From assembly GCA_002708905.1 (NCBI GenBank), contig PAPM01000022.1, positions 7,969 to 39,968 of the forward strand: 32,000 nt of DNA, given 5' to 3'. Shown piece by piece: positions 20,136 through 32,000 of this stretch (position 1 is its first letter; each line of letters begins with the position of its first letter). A model generated the notes under the pieces. The model was not told the origin of the DNA and did no database searches. It worked only from the letters and a program-made list of their open reading frames with translations. The translations under genes were made by a program, and so were the position numbers. Source of the stretch: Pseudomonadales bacterium (GTDB taxonomy: Bacteria; Pseudomonadota; Gammaproteobacteria; Pseudomonadales; Ketobacteraceae).

Positions 20136-21515
20136 ATGGATCTCAACGTTGTCATCCTTGCCGCCGGCAAGGGCACGCGCATGAAATCGCGCCTTCCCAA
20201 GGTATTACAACCTCTGGCCAAGAAGCCGTTGCTGGCCCATGTGCTGGAAACCAGTTTCAAACTCAACGCCCACAAGGTCATCGTGGTGTATGGCCATGGT
20301 GGCGATTCCGTGAAGACAGAGATTGCAGCGCATTTTCCGGATGCGCCCATCCATTGGGTTGAGCAGGCTGAACAGTTGGGTACCGGCCACGCAGTGAAAC
20401 AAGCATTGGATCTATTGGAAACCAACACCCGCACTCTGATTCTATATGGTGACGTGCCTCTGATTTCCGAAGCAACCCTGAGTCGCTTCCTCAATGAAGT
20501 TCAGCCGGGTGAATGCGGCGTCATTACCGTCAAGCTGGACGATCCCACCGGCTATGGGCGCATTGTGCGTGATCACGCCGGCGTGGTACGGGAGATCGTC
20601 GAAGAAAAAGATGCCGGCAAGGAGATCCGCAAGATAGAGGAAGTGAATACCGGCATCATGCTGGCGGATTCCATCGATCTGCAGCAATGGTTGCCCACCA
20701 TTGAGAATAAAAACGTGCAGGGTGAATACTACCTGACAGATTTAGTGCGTATTTCCAACGAGCATGATGTGCCGGTGATTGGTTGCCGGGTGAAAGATCC
20801 CATTGAAGTGGAAGGGGTTAACGACAAACGTCAGTTGGCGAAACTGGAGCGGATGCTGCAAAAACATCTGGCGGAGAAACTGTTGTTGGCCGGTGCCACC
20901 CTGGCCGATCCGGAGCGGATTGATATTCGTGGTGAGGTTTCCGTTGGCCAGGACTGCTTTATTGACGTCAATGCCATATTCGAAGGTAAGAACAGCCTGG
21001 GTGATAATGTTCAGATAGGACCAAACTGCCTGATCCAGAATTCCACCATTGGCAGTAATTCGGTAATCAAAGCCAACAGCGTGTTGGAGAATGCTGTGGT
21101 AGGGAAGGATTGCGACATCGGCCCCTACGCCCGCCTGCGACCTGGAACCAAACTGTCGGATCAGGTCAAGATCGGGAACTTTGTGGAGACCAAAAACATC
21201 CAAATGGGAATGGCATCGAAGGCCAATCACCTCACTTATCTCGGTGATAGTGTTATCGGTAAGGATGTGAACATCGGTGCCGGCACCATTACCTGCAATT
21301 ATGATGGCGCCAATAAGCACCAGACGGTCATCGGTGATAACGCGTTTATCGGTTCCAACAGTTCCCTGGTGGCACCGGTGGAAATTGGGGAAGGTGCAAC
21401 CATTGGTGCCGGTTCCACGATCTCGAAAGATGCCAAAGGTCATGCACTTACAGTGACTCGTGCCAAACAGGTCACGCTGGAAAGCTGGACACGACCAACC
21501 AAAAAGCCGAAGTGA
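20136..21515 (+). CDS. glmU: bifunctional UDP-N-acetylglucosamine pyrophosphorylase / glucosamine-1-phosphate N-acetyltransferase GlmU
   Basis: The N-terminus MDLNVVILAAGKGTRMKSRLPKVL matches GlmU and the C-terminus has hexapeptide repeats. I chose the ATG at 20136 (459 aa) because the ORF-track start at 20076 would span the atpC terminator. Confidence 0.96.
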   Translation: MDLNVVILAAGKGTRMKSRLPKVLQPLAKKPLLAHVLETSFKLNAHKVIVVYGHGGDSVKTEIAAHFPDAPIHWVEQAEQLGTGHAVKQALDLLETNTRTLILYGDVPLISEATLSRFLNEVQPGECGVITVKLDDPTGYGRIVRDHAGVVREIVEEKDAGKEIRKIEEVNTGIMLADSIDLQQWLPTIENKNVQGEYYLTDLVRISNEHDVPVIGCRVKDPIEVEGVNDKRQLAKLERMLQKHLAEKLLLAGATLADPERIDIRGEVSVGQDCFIDVNAIFEGKNSLGDNVQIGPNCLIQNSTIGSNSVIKANSVLENAVVGKDCDIGPYARLRPGTKLSDQVKIGNFVETKNIQMGMASKANHLTYLGDSVIGKDVNIGAGTITCNYDGANKHQTVIGDNAFIGSNSSLVAPVEIGEGATIGAGSTISKDAKGHALTVTRAKQVTLESWTRPTKKPK

Positions 21516-21573
21516 TTTTCCGGCTTGAATACCTGCATATAGCAACTTGAATAAATAACAGGGAACAGAACAC

Positions 21574-23400
21574 ATGTGCGGAATCGTCGGCGTAATTTCT
21601 ACTCGGGATGTCACTCCAATTCTGATGGAGGGGTTAAGGCGATTGGAATACCGGGGCTACGATTCTGCCGGTATTGCGCGTTTCAATCCCGGTGCGGATA
21701 TTGAGCGCATCCGTCGGGTGGGAAAAGTTCAGGAACTGGCGGCGGCGGTTGCAGCAAGCAAAGGCAGTGGCTGCATTGGGATTGCCCACACCCGCTGGGC
21801 CACCCACGGAGCGCCAACCGAACACAATGCTCATCCCCACATGTCCTCCGACAACATTGCTGTGGTGCACAACGGAATCATTGAAAATCACGAAGCGCTG
21901 CGCCAGTCCCTGAGTGCTTCTGGCTATGCCTTTACATCTGAAACCGATACTGAGGTCGTCGCCCACCTGATTCATCGTCACCTACAACACAGCAATGACC
22001 TGGCCAACGCGGTCAAACTAACCACTGAAGAGTTGCGCGGTGCTTATGCCCTTGCCGTGATCGATAAAAATCATCCTGAGGTGATGGTCGCTGCGAGAGA
22101 AGGCAGCCCCCTGGTGCTGGGAGTGGGCTTGGGTGAAAACTTTGTCGCTTCGGATCAGTTGGCGTTGTTACCGGTCACCACACGTTTTGTCTTTCTGGAA
22201 GACGGCGATATTGCGGTCATTGGGAAGAACGAATTTTCCATATCCGACTGGGAAGGCCAGACAGTGGAGCGCCCCATCAAGCCTTTTACCGGCGGGGAAT
22301 CCACGGCGGAAAAAGGTGAATACCGCCATTACATGATCAAGGAGATTTTTGAACAGCCCACCGCAATCCGTAATACGCTGGATGGTTACGTGAATAATAA
22401 TAGGGTTGATCCAGCCATATTCGGTGAGACTGCGCCGGAGCTTTTTTCCAAATTGGAGTCTGTACAGATCATCGCTTGTGGAACCTCCTTTCATGCCGGC
22501 CTGGTGGCAAAATACTGGATTGAAAGCATAGCCGGGGTGCAATGTAATGTGGAAGTGGCCAGTGAATTTCGTTACCGGACCACAGTGGTCCGGCCCAACA
22601 CTTTGTTTGTGACGATTTCCCAGTCAGGAGAAACGGCGGACACGCTGTCAGCGTTACGCAATGCCAAAGGCTATCTCTCTTCCCTGGCCATTTGTAACGT
22701 CCCCACCAGTTCGTTGGTGCGCGAATCCGCATTGAGCTTTATTACCAAAGCCGGACCGGAAATCGGAGTGGCATCCACTAAGGCCTTTACAACTCAACTG
22801 GTGGCACTCTATCTGTTGACGGTAGCCATCGCCCGACTAAAAGGTTTGCCAGAGGATAGGGAAAGTGAGTTGCTGGCGGGGCTCAAACAGCTCCCGGACG
22901 TAGTGCAATCTGCTCTGCGTTTGGACAAACCCATCGAGCGAATGGCTGAGAAATTTGCCGAAAAACATCATGCCCTGTTTCTGGGTAGAGGTGTGCAGTA
23001 TCCCATCGCTATGGAAGGTGCGTTAAAGCTTAAGGAAATATCCTATATTCACGCAGAGGCGTACCCTGCGGGGGAATTGAAACATGGCCCTCTGGCATTG
23101 GTGGATGCAGATATGCCGGTAGTGACGGTTGCGCCTTCTGATGCGTTGCTTGAAAAACTGAAGTCCAATCTACAGGAAGTCCAGGCCCGCGGCGGAGAAT
23201 TATTCGTGTTCCAGGATGCTGATGCTGCTTTGAAACAGCAGGATGACGTTCATGTGTTGGATGTGCCCAAAGTCTCGGCCGAACTGGCCCCTATTGTCTA
23301 TACCATTCCCCTGCAGTTGCTGAGTTACCATGTTGCCATTATCAAAGGAACGGATGTGGATCAGCCGCGGAATCTTGCCAAGAGCGTGACGGTGGAGTAA
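21574..23400 (+). CDS. glmS: glutamine--fructose-6-phosphate aminotransferase GlmS
   Basis: The MCGIVG N-terminal nucleophile, two SIS domains, and the canonical C-terminus [13 protein letters not shown]. Length is 608 aa. Confidence 0.99.
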   Translation: MCGIVGVISTRDVTPILMEGLRRLEYRGYDSAGIARFNPGADIERIRRVGKVQELAAAVAASKGSGCIGIAHTRWATHGAPTEHNAHPHMSSDNIAVVHNGIIENHEALRQSLSASGYAFTSETDTEVVAHLIHRHLQHSNDLANAVKLTTEELRGAYALAVIDKNHPEVMVAAREGSPLVLGVGLGENFVASDQLALLPVTTRFVFLEDGDIAVIGKNEFSISDWEGQTVERPIKPFTGGESTAEKGEYRHYMIKEIFEQPTAIRNTLDGYVNNNRVDPAIFGETAPELFSKLESVQIIACGTSFHAGLVAKYWIESIAGVQCNVEVASEFRYRTTVVRPNTLFVTISQSGETADTLSALRNAKGYLSSLAICNVPTSSLVRESALSFITKAGPEIGVASTKAFTTQLVALYLLTVAIARLKGLPEDRESELLAGLKQLPDVVQSALRLDKPIERMAEKFAEKHHALFLGRGVQYPIAMEGALKLKEISYIHAEAYPAGELKHGPLALVDADMPVVTVAPSDALLEKLKSNLQEVQARGGELFVFQDADAALKQQDDVHVLDVPKVSAELAPIVYTIPLQLLSYHVAIIKGTDVDQPRNLAKSVTVE

Positions 23401-23425
23401 TCAGCAATCCCTGTGGTGCGCGTGT

Positions 23426-23490
23426 TGTGGGATGCAAATAAAGGTTCATCCGTATAAATAAAGTATCGTCCGTATAAATAAAGTTTCATT
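23426..23490 (+). repeat. Tn7R-like transposon end: terminal TGTGGG plus three tandem 20-bp TnsB-binding-type repeats
   Basis: TGTGGGATGCAAATAAAG (23426-23443) matches my recollection of the Tn7 terminus TGTGGGCGGACAATAAAG at 14/18 positions. The repeat units are 23431-23450 GATGCAAATAAAGGTTCATC, 23451-23470 CGTATAAATAAAGTATCGTC and 23471-23490 CGTATAAATAAAGTTTCATT. Units 2 and 3 are 17/20 identical. Confidence 0.8.
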
Positions 23491-23545
23491 CTGAGCCTGC
23501 ATCCGCTATGTTGAGGTCATCGACACAGCGGGGGCAGGCTTTCTC

Positions 23546-24373
23546 ATGTCTGGAACATTCAAGGGGCTGACCCAGGCCCAGATCGATAGAAGGCTCAAGG
23601 ACGGGCGTGGCCAAGGCCAGGGATCAGACTACAAGCCGTTCATCTACACCAGGGACGTGTCCTCGCTGGGTCGCTCCCACCGCCTGCCTGGCAGCAAGAC
23701 CCGGCGTTTACACCATCTTCTATCCGATCTTGAACTGGCCATCTTCCTGACCTTGGATCGGTCTCCCCATGTCACCGATATCCGTGAACAGTTTCCGATG
23801 CGGGTCGAAGATACGGTGCGCATCGCCGAGGAGCTTGGCCTGCCCCACGGTTGTTACAAGGGTACCCCGCAGGTACTGACCAGCGACTTTCTGGTGGATT
23901 TCGAAGATCCTCAGCGCCCGAGCATCGCGATTCAGGCCAAGTACAGTACCGACCTGCAGAAGCCTGAAGTTATCGAGAGGCTTGAGCTTGAAAGGCGCTA
24001 CTGGCAGGAAAAAGGTATTCCCTGGGTCATCGTCACTGAGCGCGAGGTATCCAAGGTGGCATTTGCCAATATCCAATGGCTCTATCCTGCCCATGCTGAA
24101 GGCGACATCGCTCAGGACGATCTCGCCCATTACCAGCAGCTGTTTCTGCTCGAGTTTCAGCGTCACCCAGACCGGAAGCTGACCGCTATTGCCCAAGGAC
24201 TGGATACCTACGGCCAGCTGGAGGCCGGTCAGGCGCTCTATTGGCTACGCCAGTTGCTGGCCCGGCACTGTTTCCTTTTCGATCTTGACACTCCTTACCG
24301 GGAGCTGAAGCCGAAAGACCTGGTTGCCAACTCTCATCAAATGCATCAGGAGCTGAGCAGTGTTGCCCGTTAA
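23546..24373 (+). CDS. tnsA: Tn7 transposition protein TnsA (endonuclease subunit)
   Basis: Strong colinear similarity to Tn7 TnsA as I recall it (RRLKDGRGQGQGSDY, GRSHRL, HHLLSDLELAIFL, DIREQFP, LTSDFLVDF, AIQAKY, ELERRYWQEKGIPW). It includes the restriction-endonuclease-like E / D / QxK residues. Confidence 0.93.
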   Translation: MSGTFKGLTQAQIDRRLKDGRGQGQGSDYKPFIYTRDVSSLGRSHRLPGSKTRRLHHLLSDLELAIFLTLDRSPHVTDIREQFPMRVEDTVRIAEELGLPHGCYKGTPQVLTSDFLVDFEDPQRPSIAIQAKYSTDLQKPEVIERLELERRYWQEKGIPWVIVTEREVSKVAFANIQWLYPAHAEGDIAQDDLAHYQQLFLLEFQRHPDRKLTAIAQGLDTYGQLEAGQALYWLRQLLARHCFLFDLDTPYRELKPKDLVANSHQMHQELSSVAR

Positions 24374-26447
24374 TCAGGTGTTCCGGATGGGGGAACTGCG
24401 AAAGCGCCTGCTTTGGTCCGGTACCGAGCAGGCAATCTGGATCGATATCGATTCGGACACGGCGTTGCCCGAACCGATATCGATTGTAGAGCTGGAGCGT
24501 CTGATCATGGAGCGGGAGCTGGAGAGCATTGCCGATCCCTTCGAGGAAACAGTCCTACGGGAGGTTGAGGAAGGTTCCCTTGATCAGCAGAAGCGTGATG
24601 AAGCTTGGGGAATGCTGGCGGATTTTGTGCACGACCCCCAGCTTTTCGTGCGGCGCCCCAGAGGGCTCATTGTCAGAGGCATCATGGAGCGCCATGGTGT
24701 CACCAATCAGACGGTGTATAGGTTACTGAGGCGCTACTGGCAGCGAGGCATGTGCAGGAATGCCCTCTTGCCGGACTATGTCAACTCGGGCGCCCGTGGC
24801 AAGCGCAGAAAGCCGAACCAGGCCAAGCTGGGCAGGCCCAGAGTGGTGATGGAGGGGAAAGGGAGCAATGTCACGCCGGACATCGAGCGCATTTTTCGCC
24901 GGGTCATCGAGGAACGTTTGCTCAAGGAAAAACATCCGTCCATTCCTGATGCCTACGCCGCCGGGCTGAATCTGCTCCGTGCTGTTCTGACGGAGCTGCC
25001 GACCTTCGAACTGCCTACATTGGGGCAGTTCCGTTACTTCTATGGGCGCGAATATCACTTCACCGACACCTTGCCATGCAGGGTGTCCGCAGTGGATTTT
25101 GCCAAGGACTTCCGACCGCTCAGCAGTACATCGACGACCGAGGCACTGGGGCCCGGATACCGCTACCAGATCGATGCCACCATCGCCGATATCTATCTGG
25201 TTTCAGAACATGATCGCAGCCTTATCGTCGGCAGGCCTGTCGTTTACATGGTGATCGACGTGTTCAGCCGCATGGTCGTTGGTATGTACGTCGGATTCGA
25301 GGGACCTTCCTGGGTCAGTGCCATGGTGGCATTGGCCAGCACGGTCGCCGACAAGGTTGAGTATTGCCGCCAGTATAGCGTGGAGATCGATGCCAGCGAC
25401 TGGCCGGTCAAAGGCTTGCCGGATGTGGTGCTGGCCGATAAGGGCGAACTGAATGGCACCAAGGTGGAAGCATTTTCCCAAGCCTTCGGCGTTCGCATCG
25501 AGAATGCACCGGCCAGGCGAGGAGATGCCAAGGGGATCGTCGAGCGTTATTTCCGGACGGTGCAGGAGCGTTTCAAGCCCTATGCCAGCGGTGTGGTCGA
25601 GGACACCACCAGCCGGAAGCGGGGTGGCCACGACTACAGACTTGATGCCAGTCTGACCTTGCCCGAGTTCACCCAGATCATCATTGCCGGCATCCTCTAC
25701 CACAACAACTTTCATACCTTGAGCAAATACGACAGAACCTCTGGTATGCCGGGCGATCTGCCAGCCATCCCGGTCATGCTGTGGAACTGGGGCTTGGCCA
25801 ACTTGACCGGCCGGTTACGTACTGCGCCCGAGGAGCTGGTGCGGATAAATCTCTTGCCCCATGAGTCGGCCACGGTTTCGGAGCTGGGAATCAGGCTGTT
25901 CGGCTGCTTCTACACCTGCCAGGAAGCAATCAGGGAGGGTTGGTTTCACCGAGGCCAGGGGCGCCGGCCGACAGGGGTAACGGTCGCATACGATCCGCGT
26001 AGCGCCGACCACATCTACCTGCGGCCGTCCAATAGTCTCAAGGACTACTGGGTTTGCGATCTTGCCGACCGCAGTCGACGCTTCAGGGGGATGACCTTCT
26101 GGGATGTCTGGCTGCTGTCCAGAGAGGAACGGCGTAGCGATACCAACGCGGCGGCGGAAGCTTTGGTAGAGAGAGGCAATCTTCTGAAGCAGATCGAGTC
26201 CATCGTTGCCCAGGCAGAGGATGCCAGTCCGGTCAAAACGGGTATGACCACGAAGGATCTGGGAACCCAGATCCGCGAGAACAAGCAGCAGGAAAAGCGC
26301 CAGGAACGCCAGAAAACAGCATTCAAACCGGATAAAGCACAGCAGGAAAAGCCAGCCGAGGTGATCCCACTGCGGGGCGAGAAGCAGGAAGATTATGCCT
26401 TCCCAGATCTCAGTGACCTGATATTCAAGGAGGAAGAGGATGACTGA
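24360..26447 (+). CDS. tnsB: Tn7 transposase TnsB (DDE / RNase H-fold)
   Basis: YRLLRRYWQRGMCRNALLPDYVNSGARG, RYQIDATIADIYLV (D), DVVLADKGEL (D) and RRGDAKGIVERYFRT (E) are colinear with Tn7 TnsB. The GTG start overlaps the tnsA 3' end by 14 nt, and this N-terminus (LPVNQVF) aligns with Tn7 MWQINEVV. Confidence 0.95.
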   Translation: MLPVNQVFRMGELRKRLLWSGTEQAIWIDIDSDTALPEPISIVELERLIMERELESIADPFEETVLREVEEGSLDQQKRDEAWGMLADFVHDPQLFVRRPRGLIVRGIMERHGVTNQTVYRLLRRYWQRGMCRNALLPDYVNSGARGKRRKPNQAKLGRPRVVMEGKGSNVTPDIERIFRRVIEERLLKEKHPSIPDAYAAGLNLLRAVLTELPTFELPTLGQFRYFYGREYHFTDTLPCRVSAVDFAKDFRPLSSTSTTEALGPGYRYQIDATIADIYLVSEHDRSLIVGRPVVYMVIDVFSRMVVGMYVGFEGPSWVSAMVALASTVADKVEYCRQYSVEIDASDWPVKGLPDVVLADKGELNGTKVEAFSQAFGVRIENAPARRGDAKGIVERYFRTVQERFKPYASGVVEDTTSRKRGGHDYRLDASLTLPEFTQIIIAGILYHNNFHTLSKYDRTSGMPGDLPAIPVMLWNWGLANLTGRLRTAPEELVRINLLPHESATVSELGIRLFGCFYTCQEAIREGWFHRGQGRRPTGVTVAYDPRSADHIYLRPSNSLKDYWVCDLADRSRRFRGMTFWDVWLLSREERRSDTNAAAEALVERGNLLKQIESIVAQAEDASPVKTGMTTKDLGTQIRENKQQEKRQERQKTAFKPDKAQQEKPAEVIPLRGEKQEDYAFPDLSDLIFKEEEDD

Positions 26448-28050
26448 AGAATTCCAGCGCGGAGTCATTCCCCTGGCGCGTTACCAGGAGCAGCAGCTTC
26501 CCGAGTATCAGGACAATCCGCTCATCAGCGCATTGCCTCCGATTCCTGATCTGCAGGAGGTGGTCGATCTATTGCAGCAGCTTCCCGGTTTCGAGCCGCA
26601 GGAGGCGCTTCTGGATGGTCGACTCAGGGCACATGCGATTGCCCGCCTGTTGCACGGCTTCTTCCAGCCGCTGAGCCATCACTTGGAGCTGGAGAGCAAG
26701 ATCAGCCTGATGATCCGTCAAGGGTACATCGGTCGGAATCCGGCCAGCGGTGCCTGGTATGCGCACCTGCAGAATGGCTATCGCCGTGTCGAGGAGGAGG
26801 ATCTGGATGCGGCGGTGTACCAGAGTGTCTCCTCTACGGCCAACAGCCTGTCGCTGTTCGGCTGCTCCGGTTGCGGCAAGACGCGCACGCTGGAGCGGAT
26901 TCTGGGCATGTACCCCCAAGCTCTCCATCACCCTGATTACAACATCACCCAACTGGTCTACCTGAAGATCGACTGCCCAATTGACGGTGACTTGGATGAG
27001 CTGTGCCTGAGCTTCTTCAACGAAGTAGACAAGATCCTGGGTACCCACTACAGCCGTAGCCACGGACGCAAGAAGCTGGGTACCAAACGTCTGCTGGCAT
27101 CCATGTGCCAGGTGGCCAATCTGCACACGCTCGGAGTGCTGATCATCGACGAGGTTCAGAACCTCAACGAGGCACGCTCCGGTGGTGCCGAAAAAATGCA
27201 CAATTTCTTCGTGTCGCTGGTGAACACCATCGGTGTTCCGATCATTCAGGTCGGCACCCACCGGGCCAGCAAATTCTTCCAGCGCACGTTCCGGGCTGCT
27301 CGGCGGGTCTCCGGGTTGGGCAGCATCCGCTGGGATAGGTTGCCTCGGGACGAGCATTGGAAGCGTCTGTTGAAGCGGCTTTGGAAGTATCAGTGGCTGC
27401 GAAATGCGGCGCCGCTGGATGATGAACTGGAGGCTACGATGTACGACCTCACCCAAGGGGTCATGGACATCGTCATCAAGCTGTTCGCGCTGGCGCAGAT
27501 CCGGGCGATAGTGACAGGTGTCGAGTGCATTAAGCCGCTGTTGCTGCGCAGGGTTTTCGAGGACGAGTTCAAACCGGTCCATCCGATGCTGGCGGCCTTG
27601 CGGAGCGGTAGGCCCGAGCTGATCGCCAAATATGACGACCTGCTGATGCCAGAGATCGAGGGACGGTTGCTGACCCTGACTCGCTCTCTGGATAGCGTCC
27701 CCCAACCTAAACCACCGGCCCCTCCGGCTGATGACAAGGCAAAGCGGTTGGCCGCCCTGCTCGAAGGTATGGAAATCCCGAGGGACATCGCCATTCCCAT
27801 GGCCGATGAATTGTTGGCGGAGAATCCGGACATCCCGCTGGCGGCCCTGATTCACAAGGCCACGGCCTACCTCGCGCAGGACGCTCCCAAGAGGCCCGGC
27901 ATTTCCAGAGTTAAGCGGACGGAGTGGGGGTGCCTATCCGAGGAGGATCTGCGCCGACGTTATGCCGATGGGCCTGAAAGCGAGGCCTATGACAGATTCA
28001 AGCAGGCTGGCTTGATCCTCGATCTGCGGCCTCTGCTGAGAGCGAGCTGA
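26440..28050 (+). CDS. tnsC: Tn7 transposition regulator TnsC (AAA+ ATPase)
   Basis: Walker A motif GCSGCGKTR, Walker B motif VLIIDEVQN, and a 536 aa length. The ATG overlaps the tnsB stop by 8 nt, and the gene sits between tnsB and tnsD. Confidence 0.92.
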   Translation: MTEEFQRGVIPLARYQEQQLPEYQDNPLISALPPIPDLQEVVDLLQQLPGFEPQEALLDGRLRAHAIARLLHGFFQPLSHHLELESKISLMIRQGYIGRNPASGAWYAHLQNGYRRVEEEDLDAAVYQSVSSTANSLSLFGCSGCGKTRTLERILGMYPQALHHPDYNITQLVYLKIDCPIDGDLDELCLSFFNEVDKILGTHYSRSHGRKKLGTKRLLASMCQVANLHTLGVLIIDEVQNLNEARSGGAEKMHNFFVSLVNTIGVPIIQVGTHRASKFFQRTFRAARRVSGLGSIRWDRLPRDEHWKRLLKRLWKYQWLRNAAPLDDELEATMYDLTQGVMDIVIKLFALAQIRAIVTGVECIKPLLLRRVFEDEFKPVHPMLAALRSGRPELIAKYDDLLMPEIEGRLLTLTRSLDSVPQPKPPAPPADDKAKRLAALLEGMEIPRDIAIPMADELLAENPDIPLAALIHKATAYLAQDAPKRPGISRVKRTEWGCLSEEDLRRRYADGPESEAYDRFKQAGLILDLRPLLRAS

Positions 28051-28051
28051 C

Positions 28052-29546
28052 ATGTACTTCCCCAGGCTCTACCCGGACGAACTGCTTTACAGCGGTATTG
28101 CCCGGTGCCGGGTACATCTGGGGATAGGCAGCCACAAGACCTTGCTGCACATGCTTTTCGGTGACAGCAAGGTTGCCGCGATCACCGATCTGCCCACACA
28201 CCTGACTGCGTTGGCGAACAACACGGGCTTGGATGCGGAAGGCATGATCCTGAATCACACGCTGTTCCCGCTCTATGCCCCTTTCATTCCGCCGGAGCGC
28301 CGTACCGATCTTTTTCAGGCCATGCTTGCTCCCGACCGGCCGACGATTGGTCTGTCTGGGGCCTCGACGGCCTTGGTCAAGTGGCCCGATTGGCTGCGTT
28401 ACTGCCCGATCTGCTTTGAAGATATGGCTGCGCGCTACGGTGAACCCTACTGGCGGCGTAGCTGGCAGATTCAAGGGATAGATGCCTGTCCCGAGCATGG
28501 CTGTCAGCTCCTGAACTCACCTATCCCGTTCCGTCGAGCGCAGCGGCACGAGTTTCATACAGCCTCTCCACTGTTTCTGCCCCGTGATCTTCGCGTGAGT
28601 CCCGTGGGCGAAGAGGCTATCAGGCTCGCCAAGGCTGCTATGCAGCTGCTGGCGCTCGAAGAGGTGCAATCGCCTGGCTACGGACGCTGGACCAACCTGT
28701 ACCGGTACCTGGCTACAGAGTGCGGCGCCAGGCGAGGCCGGCAGGTCAGGGCTGAAGTCATCTGGGAGAAGATCCTGGCATCCCATCAAAGGGATTGGCT
28801 TGCTGCGAACGGTCTGCTGACATCCGGAGAGCCTCCACCTTGGCTGTTGGCGATGTTCAGGAAGCATCGCAAGGGATTCAGTGCGCTGCAGCATCTGATC
28901 GTCTGGACCAGCCTGCGCCCTGGCCAGCATGCTGGCGAGCTGATCAGCGAGGCGAAGACTCGCCAGGTCGACCTTGCCTCCGAGCGGTCAGTGCAGCTGC
29001 TCCCTGCTGAGTTTGAGCAAAAGCAGCAGTACCGAGCCATTTGGCTGCAAGCACTGGCTAATCACGGTGGAGCCAAGGCAGCCAGGCAAGACGGAGCAGG
29101 GGCATGTTACGCCTGGCTCTATCGTCATGACCGACACTGGCTGATGGTTGCGAACCAGGTCAGGCAGCGCCGACAGGGCAACAACAGCCACATCGACTGG
29201 CGAGCGCGTGACATAAGGTTGGTGCGCCTGCTGATCCGGATTGGTAGAGGTAGCGAAGAAGACCTGGGCCTTCCGCGCAGGAGTCGCAACTGGTTCCTGC
29301 AGCAGCTACCCCATCGGGCATCAGTCGAGCACCGTCTCGATCAATTGCCTCTTTGCTGCACCTTCCTGGATCGCTATGCCGAGTCCGTCGGCGAGTATCA
29401 GATCCGTCGCCTGACTGCAGCGATGCTGAAGGATGTACAGACAGGCATAACGTCTAGGCGCTGGGAGCTGGAAAAGCGTTGTGGATTGGAAAAAAGCAGG
29501 GTGGCACCACTGACCACTGCGTTCATTCGATTGATAGGAAGATGGA

Positions 29547-29554
<8 letters not shown>
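28052..29554 (+). CDS. tnsD: Tn7 target selector TnsD (TniQ family, glmS/attTn7-directed)
   Basis: N-terminal TniQ pattern (YPDELLYSGIARC, HTLFPLYAPF), the zinc motif YCPICF...CPEHGC, and C-terminal blocks (FRKHRKGFSALQHLIVW, YAWLYRHDRHWL, EYQIRRL), all colinear with Tn7 TnsD. It starts 1 nt after the tnsC stop. Confidence 0.9.
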
Positions 29555-31392
<1,838 letters not shown>

Positions 31393-31622
31393 CCGTCCGG
31401 GCATCCCGGCTGGCTTGACCCCGCCAAGCTAAGAGATGGTGGCAGTTCGTGGATGCCGTTTCCCGGGTGCACGCGATCCGAGACCACGCGATCAAGCAGG
31501 AAAACGAGCACCTGGGCTTGCCTGACTGACCGCAGGCCGGCGACGACAAGGTGGAAAAGTTCGGCGTGTGGCTCTGGCGGCAACGATCCCGCGAAGGGCG
31601 GACGGTGCTTGAGCTGTTGAAC

Positions 31623-32000
31623 GTAAGCGTGCGGGCAAACCGTCTTGCGCGACTATGCCGGATGCCACCTATGCGGCAGCAGCTCTGCAATCTCACTCGC
31701 CCGCTGCGTCGGCAACCGTGTCAGCACATCCTTGAGATAGGCATACGGATCGTGCCCATTATTACGGGCCGACTGGATCAAACTCATGATCGCAGCAGCG
31801 CACTTGAGCATGCGATCCCGCGCCGAGCATTTGAGAAGGCAACGGGATGAACGCTGGCTGGATAGCCGTGGTTTTCTGGGTATGCAGCCGAATCCATTTG
31901 TGGACGAGGTTGGCATTGAGGCTGTAGCCCAAGGCGATGTTTGCGATGGAGGCACCGGGTTCAGAACACTCCTGAATGACCTGGGCCTTGAAAGATTTGC
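31623..32000 (-). mobile_element. IS66-family remnant with internal deletion (tnpA 5' part joined to tnpC 3' end), continues beyond window
   Basis: The plus strand begins with the IS66-type terminal sequence GTAAGCG at 31623-31629. The minus-strand translation gives the TnpC C-terminus AAAIMSLIQSARNNGHDPYAYLKDVLTRLPTQRASEIAELLPHRW (about 31653-31800). In another frame it gives the TnpA/orf1-like KSFKAQVIQECSEPGASIANIALGYSLNANLVHKWIRLH (32000 down to about 31850). tnpB and most of tnpC are absent. Confidence 0.7.

Noticed and set aside
23412-23425. A second TGTGG motif (TGTGGTGCGCGTGT) just outside the proposed transposon end, as an alternative terminus or scar of an earlier insertion.
   Set aside because: Alignment with the canonical Tn7 terminus and the spacing to the first AATAAAG repeat both fit 23426 better, and 23426 gives the classical 25-bp distance from glmS. 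An 11-14 bp resemblance is too short to support a scar.
23431-23490. Three tandem 20-bp repeats that could superficially be taken for a mini CRISPR or other tandem array.
   Set aside because: The repeats are contiguous with no spacers. They sit directly inside a TGTGGG terminus next to tnsA and 25 bp from glmS, so they are transposase-binding repeats of a Tn7-type end.

Overview
This window looks like a gammaproteobacterial chromosome segment. Its core (6.8-23.4 kb, all on the + strand) is the conserved housekeeping block mnmG-rsmG-parA-parB-atpIBEFHAGDC-glmU-glmS. Three parts are accessory. (i) The left 6.5 kb holds the 3' end of a PKS/NRPS-type megasynthase, whose carrier domain runs in frame into a CatB/Vat-like hexapeptide acyltransferase. 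It is followed by a secreted alginate-lyase-like protein, a methyl-accepting chemotaxis protein and a CocE/NonD-family lipoprotein hydrolase. (ii) A visibly AT-rich ~1.5 kb islet splits the normally adjacent mnmG and rsmG. It carries three small membrane-protein ORFs and a diverged second copy of the mnmG promoter, leader and first ~19 codons. (iii) A Tn7-family transposon sits in attTn7, 25 bp after the glmS stop. It has a Tn7R-like end, translationally coupled tnsABCDE and then IS21/IS66 debris, and it runs off the right edge of the window, so most of its cargo is not visible. I found no CRISPR array, tRNA or rRNA gene. I did not find convincing evidence for a wholly new multi-gene system inside the window. 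The best candidates for follow-up are the mnmG-rsmG islet with its xenolog-like mnmG 5' fragment, the carrier-acyltransferase fusion, and whatever cargo lies beyond 32000 in the Tn7-like element. All homology calls come from reading the translations by eye and from remembered family motifs. No database searches were run.
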